NCBI GenBank assembly: GCA_032718475.1
Contig: JAUCBJ010001331.1
Coordinates: forward strand, 1 to 56,367
Reading direction: 5' to 3'
DNA from: Nemertoderma westbladi
Lineage: Eukaryota > Animalia > Xenacoelomorpha
Length of the DNA stretch: 56,367 bases
Shown here: in pieces, positions 1 to 13,200 of the stretch
How positions within the stretch are numbered: position 1 is the first letter of the stretch
Layout: every line of letters starts with the position of its first letter
Made by a program: the position numbers and the translations under genes
Notes under the pieces: model-generated
Database searches by the model: none
What the model was told of the DNA's origin: nothing
What the model saw: only the letters and a program-made list of their open reading frames with translations

Positions 1-1100
1 TATAATTCTATAGTGTCAGTCGGGTCCGTTTTTTGTAGTAATAATTTTGACTTGCAGTTGATCGTGTATTGTGTGTGTGTACTGTAGAAGTTTGATGTAG
101 AGTGGTGGTGCGTGTTCACGGTAGTGACTGCAGGTGATCGCTCTCCATTGTTTATTAATTTTGGTTTTGATAGGTTTAATGTGCGTTGTTTTGGCGTTCC
201 CCCAGGGAAACTGTCCCCATAGGGAAACTGTCGTTCGTTGAACTAGAGTTGTTAACCCTATTACCACTGGGGAGGGGGGGGGGGGGGGGGGGGGGGGGGA
301 ATCGGCCCATTCCTAGTTTTTAATTGCTGTATCTATGTAACCACATTATGTACCAGCCCAATTTTTTACGATAATTTGTCTAATTTAAGGGGGGGGGGGG
401 GGGTACACCCCCCTATGGACCTTTTTTGCAAATGGCTGTAATTTCTGCTTGTGTGTAATTTTGTATATTTTATACCTTTCGGGGGATTAACATATGGCCA
501 AAGATTGGGTTCAAAAAATTTTTTTTCAAATTTGCATCGCCCTCTAGTGGCCACCAGCGAAATTGTCAATTTCACTAAAAACACTACTAGTCTCACAATT
601 TTGGGCGAGAATTTTCGAAACTTGGTTTTTCTGAATCAGCATCCTCGGCTCCACAAAACTTATCGGTTACATTTTTTATTTAGGTCTTAAATATTTTTTA
701 AATATTATTAACTAATATTAATTATTACTTAATAGATATTAACTAATTTCAAGAAATTAATATGGCACAATTCAAAATTCTAACCGATAACTTTTGATCA
801 AAATCCGAAAAGAAATCAAACAAAAAAAAAATTTCGAAAATTGGTTAAGAAATGGCTGAGTAGTAGTATTTTGAATGTGAAAAATACAATTCCGAGATAA
901 ACGCATTTAAAGTTTAAGAACAATATATTTCAAATGTTCCCGCTATTTTCAGTACTGGTATCTCCTTTTCTTTTCCCATTGGTTATCCCCTATCCATATT
1001 TTGTGATTTCTCAATGGATTTCATGAAATTTGGTTCAAAAAAACCCCTACCCACTTTTAACAACCTGTTAAAATAATTTTAGTGTGCTTGCCAAAAAACA

Positions 1101-1470
1101 CTTCGCGCAGCACGTGAACAAATTTCATTTTGGCGTATTGATTTGATCGCATACTATTTCGTCATTTAGTAATAAATAGTCATGGAATAATGAGATAACC
1201 TTAAGAAACATTCAAAGTTATATAAAAATTTACACATAATTTTATAATAAGCCTTTACACAGAACATTAAGCTTTGCGCAGCACGTGAAACCTTCGCGCA
1301 GCACGTGAGACATTTGCGCAGCAGGTGAAGGTTTCACGTAGCACTTAAATTCTTCATAAAGCACGTTAATTAATCGAGCACCTCGGAAAGCTTTTTGATC
1401 AGAATGAGAAGCCTTCACGCGGCACATGAAAAGTTCATGCTGCACATGAAGACTTCGCGCAGCACGTGAA
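1101..1470. repeat. Degenerate short tandem repeat, unit about CTTCGCGCAGCACGTGAA
   Basis: Motif recurs at about 1101, 1273, 1292, 1313, 1333, 1413 and 1453; a related copy lies at about 43493. Confidence 0.7.
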
Positions 1471-1670
1471 TTATTCTCAGAGCCTGCGGAATTTAAAAAA
1501 AATAAGTTTATGGTTGTTTCCCAGAATAATTATTACTAGCTATTGTTATATGATGGTTCACATTTGTTATTACTAGTAGACAACTAGTCCATTAGACAAC
1601 TGTTCAGTATGTAATACAAAACTCACAAATATCTATTAAATATATATTAATTAAAATTTGACGGACATGT

Positions 1671-1731
1671 TGACAGACAGACAGACATACAAACAGACAG
1701 ACAAACTGAGAGACAGACTGAGATACAGACA
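1671..1731. repeat. (GACA)n microsatellite
   Basis: Imperfect GACA/CAGA run; a second short run at about 1838-1862. Confidence 0.8.
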
Positions 1732-2749
1732 TAGTGATTAGATAATTCCAAATATTAAAACAGACATCGACATTATGAAAAATCCTAACAGTAAACATTT
1801 CAGATTGCTTATTTTATGCCCTTTTTAATATTTTGATGGACAGACAGACAGACATACAGACGGAAAACCAGCCATTACTCGAGAAGTAAAAGAGATCTCG
1901 CTAAGCCGTTTCCAGATTTGAAATCCGCATTAAATTCTACTCTAGATGAAATAAAAAAACAAAAAATGAAAATTTTGACCTGAGGGGGGGTGTACCCCCC
2001 CCTTAATGGCGCATCTTTTGCAAAAAACGGCGTTGCAATTAGATTTCAACTTTTCGATGTAGATGCCACCTCAAAATTTGGTCCCCAGCAGAAATTTTTG
2101 TTGAAATTTTCGAATTTTACAAGGTCATTTGTGAGTTACTAGTAATTCTTTATGTTGGGGCTTTTTTTATTGATACTGATTCATATGGAGCACTATACTA
2201 CTCTATATAAGTAGGTAAGGGAAGTGGTACGTCATTTTTGGTGCACTAAAATTAGGGCGTGGCACAATTTTCAAAATTGCAATATTCGTTAAATACTCCG
2301 AAGTTTTGATTTCAATGCATTTTTATGGGTTTTCTGGCCCCCTTAATCGATTGAAAGTAATTAGAAGACTCAATTCTTAGTGGTACATCATTTTTGGTGC
2401 ACCAAAATTAGGGCGTGACAAGTAGGCGTACTTCAAATTTTCAAAATTACGATATTCAGAAAATACCACAAGGTTTTCATTTCAACCCATTTTTATAGGT
2501 AATCTAGACCGCTGAATCGATTGAAAGCAATATTGAAGCTTCAAGTCTTAGTGGTACACATCATTATTGGGACACCACAATTAGGGCGTGGTACTTTTTC
2601 AAAATTTGAATAAGTGACACTGCCTACTTTTGGTGCACCAAAAATACCGAACCACTAAGTCATCAGGCTTTTATAATACTTTCAATTGATTCAGCGGTCC
2701 AGAAAAACTATAAATGTGTGTTGAAATCTCAACTTTGGTTTATATTCTG

Positions 2750-3912
2750 TGTTCGCGCTTTTAGACCTTTAGCAGTTTAACCTGCCAAATTTAGGTGTCT
2801 TCTAGGTTATAAATCGACTTTAGCCTATAACAAGTATTTGATACACATAAAGTTACATTAGCCGAAGCCAGCCTATGCGCGATCATTCACCCACGGTTAA
2901 GGGAGACTGGATTCGGATGCTCTGAACTTATTGCAGTGTAGGCCTACTGTACTATTCGATTGATCGTTAATATATAATCTCTGACAAATATTATTCACTT
3001 TCGGGAAATATTAACAGTTCCTTTAGGACGTGGCGCTCTAAGTATGTAAACAGAGTTATGACTTACACTAAACACAACGGGATGGCTAATGATTCACGTA
3101 TAAAGCGCATTCTTTAGGAAATGCTTTGTTATCTATCACACTCATGCACAATACCGCACACTGCTGCACACTGATCTGCCGACCTTCACTAATTTTAATC
3201 ATATATAAGGAGAACAGCAACTGACACATGTAGGGTCTATGAAATAGCATTCAATTCACTCCAAAACCACTATAATGTGAGTCACAGTTGCTATATGTAA
3301 CCGGTCTCTCTAACCTTCAGTATATCAAGAAGGTTGGGGTTTTCTGATTATTTATCGATATTCTCCAAATATAACAACATATCCATCAAATGATAACACT
3401 TAATAACCGACAGTAAATAGCAGTAAAATAATGCGGTGAAAGGTATGTATAGTATGATATGGGCTGATAACAGTTATACGTTTCTATGATCAAAGCCGTT
3501 CTAATGTTTGGCTAAAGTCTGAAACACAGAATAATTCCACAGCCGATGTTCTGGGCTCAGGAAAAAAGGTAAACAAAGACCATAATGCATTGCGCGATTT
3601 CCCGGAGGCTTCTGTGCAAATAAAATGAAAATCGCTCTGATTGGTCGAGCCGAACAAAGAACAAAGAAAAGCTCTACGTGGACATATCAGCTGATAGATG
3701 TCGTCATCTGAACTACACTGTATCAAGAGTATTTTGGCGTATTGCGGCATAAAATCGCTAGTTATGTCCGCTAAAGTACACATACAGAAAAATGGCTTTT
3801 TATGTCCACTAAAAAACCTACACAGTAAGAAAACTGCTTTTTATGTCCGCTAAAACACCTACAGAGTACTTTGCGGGAAAAATGACTAGCTAGATCCGCA
3901 AAAGCCTTTACA
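2750..3912 (-). repeat. E1 3' LTR
   Basis: Direct repeat of 17934-19096 with about a dozen substitutions counted by eye; ends TGTTCGCG...GCCTTTACA. Confidence 0.97.
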
Positions 3913-3920
3913 CCGCTCCC
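3913..3920 (-). promoter_or_regulatory. Short polypurine tract (GGGAGCGG) of E1
   Basis: Purine-rich octamer immediately upstream of the 3' LTR on the sense strand. Confidence 0.6.
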
Positions 3921-3990
3921 AGAAAATGGGATTTAATTCTATAAAATATAAAAAATCACAGTTTCTAAAATATAAAAATACTCTAAACAG

Positions 3991-5540
3991 TTAGTCTTTC
4001 TTGCGCGGACGGCGTTTACGCAGTTTTTTGAGGCTAGCAAGAGTCCTTTTCTCTTTGGGGCGAGCCACTTTACTAGGAGGGCTATAACTCCTGGGTGAAG
4101 GGTGCAATACAATTGCATCGAAGGTTTAGGATTACGGTCAGTGTATCCGCCGGTCGAGGTACCTGGTTGATCGATATCAACTTCAGTAGAGCGAGGTCTA
4201 ACGGCCTTCAGAGCGCGTTTTAGGACAGCAGCTCCTACTGGTCCCTGACGAGTCGTCTGAACGATAGCGGTAGGTGGACCGTGAGTAGTGAGAATTTCCT
4301 CGGTTTGATGATTCTTTTCAACTCGCGTTCTCGGGCTCTATAGGAATCGATATGCTTCTCCTTGAGCTGATTTTCTTCCGCTTGTCGTTGGAAGCATTCG
4401 TCTAAAACTCTTTTAGAGAGTAGGGTCACCCAAGTTCGATATCTTCTTAGAGATTCTGGATTTCCTGATCGAACTGAGATAAAACTAATTCGTTTACCGC
4501 TTGGACTTGCTGCGGCAATTTATGTTTCTCTAAACAATTGTAGGTTCCCTTTCTGATCTTTTGACGAATAGTGCCCAACGCATTTCGTACAACTCTCTCC
4601 TCCTCCTCGGTGACAGGTTGTATCAGGTTAAACCGGGACGATGATACAGTTGAATGGCGATATTAGATGTCCGCGTCCCAATCCGGCTAGGTAAGATGGG
4701 CAAATATTTAGGGAGCCCACAACCGGAGTGCCACCGACTAACTGCTCGGGTAACACTAGATCTTTGAACAGTGAGTACAGTTCGGGAGGATCTGTGATAC
4801 TATTAGGATCAAGAGTCTGAGGTCTAACTAGGGAATGAGGAGGTCTGACCGAGTATTCAGGAACTCTGATCATAGGTTTATTTAAGGATCGTTTGAATCG
4901 AACGAGTGTAGTTGATACATCAAACAAGTTTCGCTCGAAACTCCCGTAAATATAGCGAGTAGAACCGTGTTTAAAGCAACGTCTCCGCGGATGTTTATGT
5001 CTTTCCGTTTGTTGGTTGGGTCTTGGGCATTCATCGCAATAATACCAAAGACGCACGTCTTGTAGGGGAAACGCGGGTGATATTTATTCGGTTTTACAAT
5101 GTTTCTCTCAAGAATTCCAAATATACGTTGGAGTTACCGCGTTTATCAGGTTCTTTAACGTCTTCTCTTTCGAGTCGATTTCGAATAGAATTTTTGCATT
5201 CGATTTTCAGTTTATCGTTCCGACTCCGCTGGGTAGGATATTTAAATAGGGCCATTTCCCTTTCGGTGTCGACATCGTCCGTATCGTGTAAATCGATAGG
5301 ATGACCAGTAGTTAAGAAGTCCATATGCGTACCATTACGATGCGTATAGCGAGCAGTGAATTTTCAATAGTCCAATTCACGAGTGAGTTGCTCCTGGGAC
5401 ATTGGCGGTTCGATATAACAACCATAGTCCTCTGTTGTAGTTGGACTAGCGTCGCTGCGTATTAAGCTATCACCAAATGCTTGCAACGGTAGAGTATATC
5501 GCTCCCTGATACCAAGATCATCTTCTATCAACTCAGTCAT
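3991..5540 (-). pseudogene. E1 accessory ORF downstream of pol (unknown function), disrupted
   Basis: Starts MTELIEDDLG at 5540 as in E2. Pieces 5094-5324 and 4628-5056 align with E2 ORFs 23606-23905 and 22840-23661; piece 4235-4429 has no E2 counterpart because E2 is deleted there. Coding-like sequence continues through frameshifts to KKLRKRRPRKKD-stop at 3991. Premature stop near 5364 and a roughly 160-bp deletion near 5100. Confidence 0.75.
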
Positions 5541-7243
5541 AGCTGCTATATGAGTTTATCAATATTATAATGAGTTTATAATTAGGCTAGCGGGCGTCTC
5601 TGCCTACCCCTCACGGCCCCCGGACAGCGCAAGATCCTCAGCGCTGATGTACTTTCGCCGATGTGCCTATCGCCAACATAGTAGCTGCACAACGACAATA
5701 ATAACCAGCGTGAGTCACTCCACTGTCCGTCCCAAGGGCTAAGATTTACTTCAGGTTCTTACTGCAGAGTTAGGGCTACTTTCACAATTGCGACTCGCTA
5801 CTGTAAACACACTTTAGTAGTAACATTCACCTATAAACGCACAAATTCCACACAACTGTCACAAATCATTCGGGCCATTTGTCCGTTAGTCAAGTGCCTT
5901 CCAGAATGCCACGTTATTATAGTGTATCCTTGGATACTACTAGCAGTGTGCTATTTATTCCTTATGCTATTCAATGGGGCAAGCCTTTATTGTTCTTTTA
6001 ACTCACTTCTAATTCTAGCGTGGTTGTTGCCATGGTGACATTATGGAAAGCTAGCAGTAGAATTAGGGTAATTCTCATGCATACAGATCTGGGATGCTAT
6101 TTAATAGTAATTCTTTAATTGTGAATATTCCTCTTTATACATGATTTTGTGAATTTTATCGGCTATTGACTATATATTGGAGATTCTCGCACACTAATAT
6201 ACTTAATAGGGTGAATCTCCGCTCCCATGATCTATTAATTAATGGAATTTTGGGAATGTTATAAATTGCATAAAAATGACAATTTATCAAATTCATTAAA
6301 AGATATGAATTTAAATTTATTCCCGTAAATTTTATTATTTAATATTAAATAGACACAATTTTATTCCAGAGCATGTCTGGGGACTAGGATCCTGAATTCT
6401 AGGAAATTTGTCCTTTTAAGAGTATCGGTAAGTGCTACGATATCTTAATCGACTAGAATGTTAAAGGATCTAAATTTGAACAGATTTTGATTTATAGATT
6501 TTCTAGAGTTAACTTGTAAGTATTTACTCTATTGTATTTGTTTGACAGATTTTATAAATATTAATAGTTAATATTTAAGATGGGCACCGGTTTATTCCAG
6601 AACTTTTCTGGGGACGTTAACCACTGATTCTAGAATTTTGTCTTTCAAGTATATCGGTGGGTGCCGCGATATCTTAATCGACTAGAATTACAGATGGTCA
6701 AAGGGTTTAACAGATTTATTTTGCGTTTTATGCTACTGTTAAAAGGACATCACGCTACTATATGTATTATTTAATATACGGTATGAGAGCAATATTGCAG
6801 AAGCAATGTCAGTGAGAAGAGGCAAGTCGTTTCCAAGGTCTACCCAGAGCTTGGTTTAGCCGAGACACGCGGATCTGAATTTTGCATTCCTAATACTCTA
6901 CTTACCAATAATACTTGAATATAGTAGGAGCTTTATTGTACTTTAATAAGTACGGACATTTCATCTTACTGTAGTCACGTATTTATAATGTAATACTGAC
7001 AGTAAGGAAAGAGAAAAGAATTATCTCTCGCCGTTGCACTAAATATATAATATAATATAAGTAAGTAAGTAATAAACACTAATATATATTGCACTAATCT
7101 ACTAAATAATCGCTAAAATAACATTCTACTAAATAAAATTAAAGAAAACGATTATAATAAAATTACATAATAATACATACCTAAATATAAAATAATAAAA
7201 ACAAATATAAAATAATATAGTCACACACCCACTCCAGACGCTG

Positions 7244-10200
7244 TTACGTTGGGGAGTCCCTAGATGTTTGTTGGATTAGGGAGGTGGTCGTGGGAAGAGT
7301 ATCTTGCCTTCCATAGTTTCCGGAGAGTTCTCTGTCTCTTTCCAGTAAACATAAACGACCAAGTGGGCGATTGAGCTGCTGTGTCTCGTGGACAATTCCC
7401 GGTTTCTTAAAGTTACGTCGCATGACGACGAGTTCTACCGATTGCACCAAACCATCATCCGAGATATGAGTCTCGATGATACGACCTGTCTGCCACCGCT
7501 TACGTGGAAGATCTGAATCCACAATAAGGACCATGTCTCAGGTGCTGACGTTTTCTTGCTGCGCAAACCACTTAGTTCGAAGTTGTAGCGTAGGCAGATA
7601 ATGTTTTTCGAAATGGTCAGCGAAATGACGGGATAACAATTGCATAAGTTGCCAAGTTTGCCGGCAGTATTCGTCTCCGTCCGTGATTTCCGATCGTGGG
7701 AGCATGGCTACAGGTTTCTTCAGTAGGAAGTGCGCGGGTGTTAGCGCTTCCAGGGAATCGGGACTCGATGAGACTGGCATAAGCGGTCTCTCGTTGAGAT
7801 AGGCGGCGATTTCCTCCATTAACGTCCGCAAAAGTTCGTCGGTGAGATACGCGCGGCACGGCACTATAAAGTGAAATGCTGTTTTCACGCTCCTGATTAA
7901 TCTCTCCCAACTTCCTCCCCACCAAGGGGCGTCGGCAGCGTTGAAGGTCCAGCTAGACGCTGTTACCCTTAGCTGATCGTCCACCTGTCTTTGGTTCCAA
8001 TCTTTGACGTAAGCCTTGATTTCGTTGTTGGCACCAATGAAGTTCGTTCCCTTATCGGATCTCATCGTGTTACTAGTTCCAAAGCGAGCGATCTGTCGGC
8101 GTAAGCTCAATATGAAGCTATTGGTAGATAAATCGTTCACCATATCGAGATGGATAGCTCTACAAGTCATACAGACAAAGATGACACACCATCTCTTGAC
8201 TATAGTCCTAGCATGATATACTTCAATAGGGCCAAATAAATCCACACCGGTATTAGTAAAGGGTGGTTCATAGAACCTTACTCGTTCCCTAGGTAGTTCT
8301 ACTGAATGCTTTCCTACAGGGTATGCAGTTCCTAAGAACTTGGTTCAGAGCTCTACGGGGTTTATGAAAATAATAGCGAGGTCGAATTTCGCTAAGAACT
8401 CGTTCTCTACCATCATGATAAAGCTTACTGTGAACATCTACAATCATCTTGATTTGTATTTCAAGATTTCTAATGAGTATGGGAAACTTAGTGTCAAAGG
8501 ATAATGGAGCATTAGTTAGTCTTCCTCCAACACGTATTAACCCATCTATCATTGTGCTAGAGAAACGATCCCTTAAGCGCATCTGTGGATTTCTCAACAA
8601 CAGGAAATACTTATCGGAATCCTCATAGCATTGCAGAAGTCTCAGTATCAGCTTATTGGTTTCTTCATGCTCCTGGTAACTAATCTTCTCCTTCAGAAAC
8701 CTGTCGGATATCTTGTATTTGGGAAGATCTTTAACAACGTGGACGTGCGCAGATGTCGGTGGAGCGGTATCACTAGCGATCTTCGTCCTGGAGTAGTGAT
8801 GATGAAAACATCGCTTTAAATATGTAACGGCCTTACAGAGCCGATTCCAGGAACTATAGTGATGTATCGCTCTCTGCAGGAGAGGAGAGAGTCCTTGCGA
8901 GACGTCTGGTATTCCAGATTTCCAATCTCTCTCTCTGATTTCCACAACAGACTTATTTGTGGCTGTGGGTTTCGGATCCAAAGCGTCGTCTCCGGAAGTG
9001 TGTAGTACAGACAGATCTATCGCGGGTTTAAATAACTTCGATTTACTCGCTCGGGTTTTAGGTTTGACTTTCTCCGCTCCCTTGGCCTGTCTAATCTCCG
9101 CCGTAGTAAGATGAGGAGGCCATTCATCCTCTTCTTTGCTTAGGAAGTCGGGTCCACCTAACCAGTCTGGAGCATCTATCAGTTCTTGTGGAGTTGCTCC
9201 TCTGGAGGCGATGTCGGCTGGATTAATCGTTCCAAGGCAATGTCTCCATTGATCTATCTTCGTGCGACTAAGTATAATGGCTACTCTGTTGGTAACGAAG
9301 ACGCTGAACTGACAAACTTCATTGGTTATATACTCCAACACGAGTAAAGCATCGGTCCAATAGACAGTTTTCTCCAGTGGATAGTCTATCTGTTCTGTTA
9401 CATTCCGGCCGATGGCTGTAGCGTATAGAGCCGCTTTTAACTCCGCTCGAGGAACTTTCAACTTGTTGTTTATCAAGGCCTTAGAGGTAACCAGGGCGAC
9501 CTTGATTCCATCCGGAGTTTCAACTCTCAGGTAGGCTACTATACCTATTCCCATATCGCTGGCGTCTCCAAACACTTGGAGTTGATAGGAATACGTAGGG
9601 AGAACGTGACCAAAATATGAACGGGAAATTATAAAGTTCTCGATGGATGGTAGAGAATCTTCCCATTTCATCCACTTCTTTAATAGTTCTCCCTTAAGTG
9701 GATCGTCCCATGAGTGGTTTTCAAGCCACATTTGTTGTACTAAACTCCGAGCAATCAATATAACTGGGCTAATAAATCCCAATGGATCGAAATAAGTGCT
9801 CAGGATACTTAGACAAATCCATTTAGTCCGAACTGGATTATCTCGCTGTTTTAGCTGGAAAAACAGGATATCTCTCTCTGTGTCCCATTTCAAACCAAGT
9901 GTCTTGGTTTCTGGAAGATCGTCCTTGATTAGGTCTAGATCTTTAACCCCTCGGTCTACTACCGGGATCGATTCCAGAAACTCACGGGAGTTGCTGGTGA
10001 ATTTAGTTAATCGAAATCCACCTTTTTTCAAGCACTCTACCATTCCTTTGGCGACATCAATGGCTTCTTCCACCGATGGGAGGGACTTTAAATTGTAGTC
10101 CATGTATATATCCCGTTTGATGTTGTCGATAACCTCTTTGGAGAAGGCGTCCTGGTTGTCATCAGCAGTGGTACACACTACTGAGCAGGCGTTTGAAGGG

Positions 10201-13200
10201 CTCGAGATGATCCCAAATGCCTGGATGGTCATCCAGTACTCCATCGGCTTCTGGTTGATGTCTCCCTCAGGCCACCACAGAAATCGTAGGCTGTCTCGAT
10301 CCCTATCCAGCGCCTTAACTTGTAAGAACATGCCTTCTATATTGGAGGCGAAAGCGATTGAATATTGTTGTAATCTTAAGAGTATTCCCAACAAGGATTG
10401 GAGTAAGTTGGGTCCTGGCAACAACTCGGAATTAAGGGATTGGCCCATGTAGAGGGCGGAGCCGTCAAATACTACCCGGACTTCATTGGGTTTACCGGGT
10501 TTGGGAACGTAATGATGTGTTAAATAGTACGTTCTCTCAGTTATGGGTGTTCCTTCCGGTACTCGCTACGCATATCCCTTGTCAATGAATTTCTTCAGCT
10601 GGGTCTTGTACATCTCCTTAGCTGAAGCATTTGCCGTAAGGTGTCGATGTAGCTGTGCAATTCTCTTCTCCGCCAAGGGTAGGTTGTTTATAAAATTGGG
10701 TTCTCGCCTTCGGAAGGGCAGACCAATCTCATATCTACCTTGATCTTTAAGAAAATGTGTAGTCGTTTCTTGTATCTGCTTGGCTCTTTCTTCTTCTACC
10801 GATAGGGCCTTATCGTAGGAATTGGGCTCTACAGCCTCTTGAGTAAAGAATCGTACGGCGTGTTCATCACGAGTCTTCGCGTTGTAGCGATCTATCACTT
10901 CATTCAGTTCGTCGTTGTAGTCGACTTGTCCTGCTGGATGAATGAGGTGACATAGGTTCACTTGGTTTTGCCAAGTTTCGTTTTCCGTAAGGAGGTCGAT
11001 GGTATTCTCCTCGTCGAAGAGTTGGTGGATATCGTCATTATCTGAGGAGTATGGTGTTCCCTCAGTTGTGTCGTCTACCTCACTGATCTCCTCTTCCCAT
11101 TCACTTACCTGGTAGACCCATTCTTTGGGTAACCTTTCCATGAGAGTTCTACGGGAAGGGCCAGTAAAGTACCAACCTACTCTAGTTCTTCCCGCATAGG
11201 TTTGTAGTGGTTGCGGTTGAGCAGGCCGTTTCTCCAATGTCTCAAGCGCCTCATGCGCATTTTGGCCGATGAGTATTTGCACTCCAGGGTAGTCTGTGTT
11301 GAATCTAGGTATCTTATGCTGCTGGGTGAAGTCGTCCTCATCCCAGTTATAAGGTTCCACTTGGCTGGTAGCGAAGTTCTTTATCGCCACCATTTTTACT
11401 AACCTTATACTGTGTTCTCCTAGTTCATCCTGGGGGGTGGACAACGCGCCTACATAGTAGTCTGTAGCTACTGTAGATTTCCAAACCTGCATAATTCCTG
11501 AAAGGTTTAACTTAGTTCGGAACTTGGGTTGTCCAGCAAAGATGTCTTCGGCTAGTTCTTTGTCGATGAATGTTCCTGTGCTGCCGGAGTCAAGGAGGGC
11601 GTTCACTATATAGCTCTTTTTTAACCCGTGGACTCTCAACTGCACTACGGGAAATTCCCGGATTCCTACGTTGGAAGTTGGCGCTTTCCAAGATGGTTGT
11701 CGGTCTGGAATAGTTAGGGGGAGCTCACTATCAGTTTCAGTCTCATACGTAAGTGCTCGATACACTGCAGTGTTTATTAGATAACAGGATTCGTTTTCGT
11801 CGGAGAATTCATCCGTGTAGAATCCTTCCATCTCAGAACTGAGGTCAGTGTCGTTCACATCACTGAATTGGACATGTAGTTCGGGCTCACTTACCTGACT
11901 CGTGCGGGTTCTTTCAAATTCTGTGTGCAGCAAGATATGATGTTTCGCGCCGCACTTAGCACACCTAGCATCTGAGTAACAGGTCCGCCGTTGGTGTCCT
12001 CGTCTGAGACAATTATAACACAACCGCTTATCCCACATGACATCACATCTATCCTTTAGGGATTTCTTTAAGAATTCATCACACCCACTCAAGCGATGGG
12101 GCCCGTCACACAATACACATTTGGGCTTGATGTTACTTACCTTACCTTGTGTGGTGTTGTGCACACTTGTTCTCTCCTCGGGCTTTCTTCCATGAATTCT
12201 CTTAGAGACGTGGGAGGAGTTTTTGTTGTCTGTTCTCTCCTGTCACTGGTTCGAGACTTAAATTTACTTACGTCTTTAGGTGCGTTGTTGACATAGTAAG
12301 ATCTTTCGGTGTCTTTCCCGCTGTTCTCCTCGTGGGAGGTTTGGCTTTTGCCGTCGTCGGTATAACACACTGGTGTTACCTTTCGCCTAGAAACGGAATT
12401 TTTACTTACCTCACTTTCAGGAGTCTTCTCTCTAGACTGTTTTAGGAGTTGTAATCTTACCTCTCGGTTTAAGAATGACAGAAGGTCCGTCATGGTTGGA
12501 TCTCTATGTTGTTGGTCCATCAAATAGAGAACCTTTTTGTCCCAGTGAGTACCTACTTCACTCTTTGGCAAAGCTGATGCTAAGGCTCCTACAACCATAG
12601 AATTCTGGTATTCATGAGACTTACTTAACCAGTCTAGTTGTCTACAGATCTCCTGAATCTCATCGGAAAACTCTATAATCCCGCTGCTAAGGAACTTTCG
12701 GGGCGCTACCAATTTTGCATACAAATACCTAGCTATGTTATTCCTATTACCATACCTGATGTTTAGTGTATCCCAAACTTGTCTTAATCCATCTGGATGT
12801 CCAATAAACTTTAACGCCATTAACTTGGGAGATCCTTCCAAGGACTCGATGAGGAATCTAAGTTTCTCTCCGCTAGATAACACAGAGTTCTGTATGTTAT
12901 CTTTGTAACATTCATTAAAAGGTAACCATTTCATCTCATCTCCATTAATCTTGACGATCTCTCCCACCTTTACCGCTTGACGGGCTTCGGTTCTAGCCAT
13001 TTGACGTGTAAAACTTTCTTGGGCCATAGTGTTATTTAATATCGAGTTATCAGTATATAAATTTCTCGGATTATGATCAGGTCTATATGGAATATCATTG
13101 TCAACAGGTTTATAACTACCCTTAATAGGGTTTACTATAGGAGTTTCTACTTCACTAGCAGTATAGATGCGTGTAGGCTCCACACCTTGCGCATGAAATA

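Larger units (their letters stand above)
389..2002. mobile_element. Non-autonomous TTAA-flanked MITE with G-rich TIRs (Kolobok-like termini), nested in MITE A
   Basis: TTAA at 385-388 and 2003-2006. The left end G(15)TACACCCCCCT matches the reverse complement of the right end AGGGGGGGTGTACCCCCCCC. A TTAA TSD with RR termini fits Kolobok; no coding capacity. Confidence 0.6.

Noticed and set aside
16-267. 83-aa ORF at the window start and other short ORFs in MITE or AT-rich DNA
   Set aside because: No recognisable motifs; several cross element boundaries or microsatellites.
3490-3783. 97-aa ORF repeated at 18674-18967, and short ORFs duplicated in the E2 LTRs
   Set aside because: Duplicated only because they lie in LTRs; not conserved between E1, E2 and E3.
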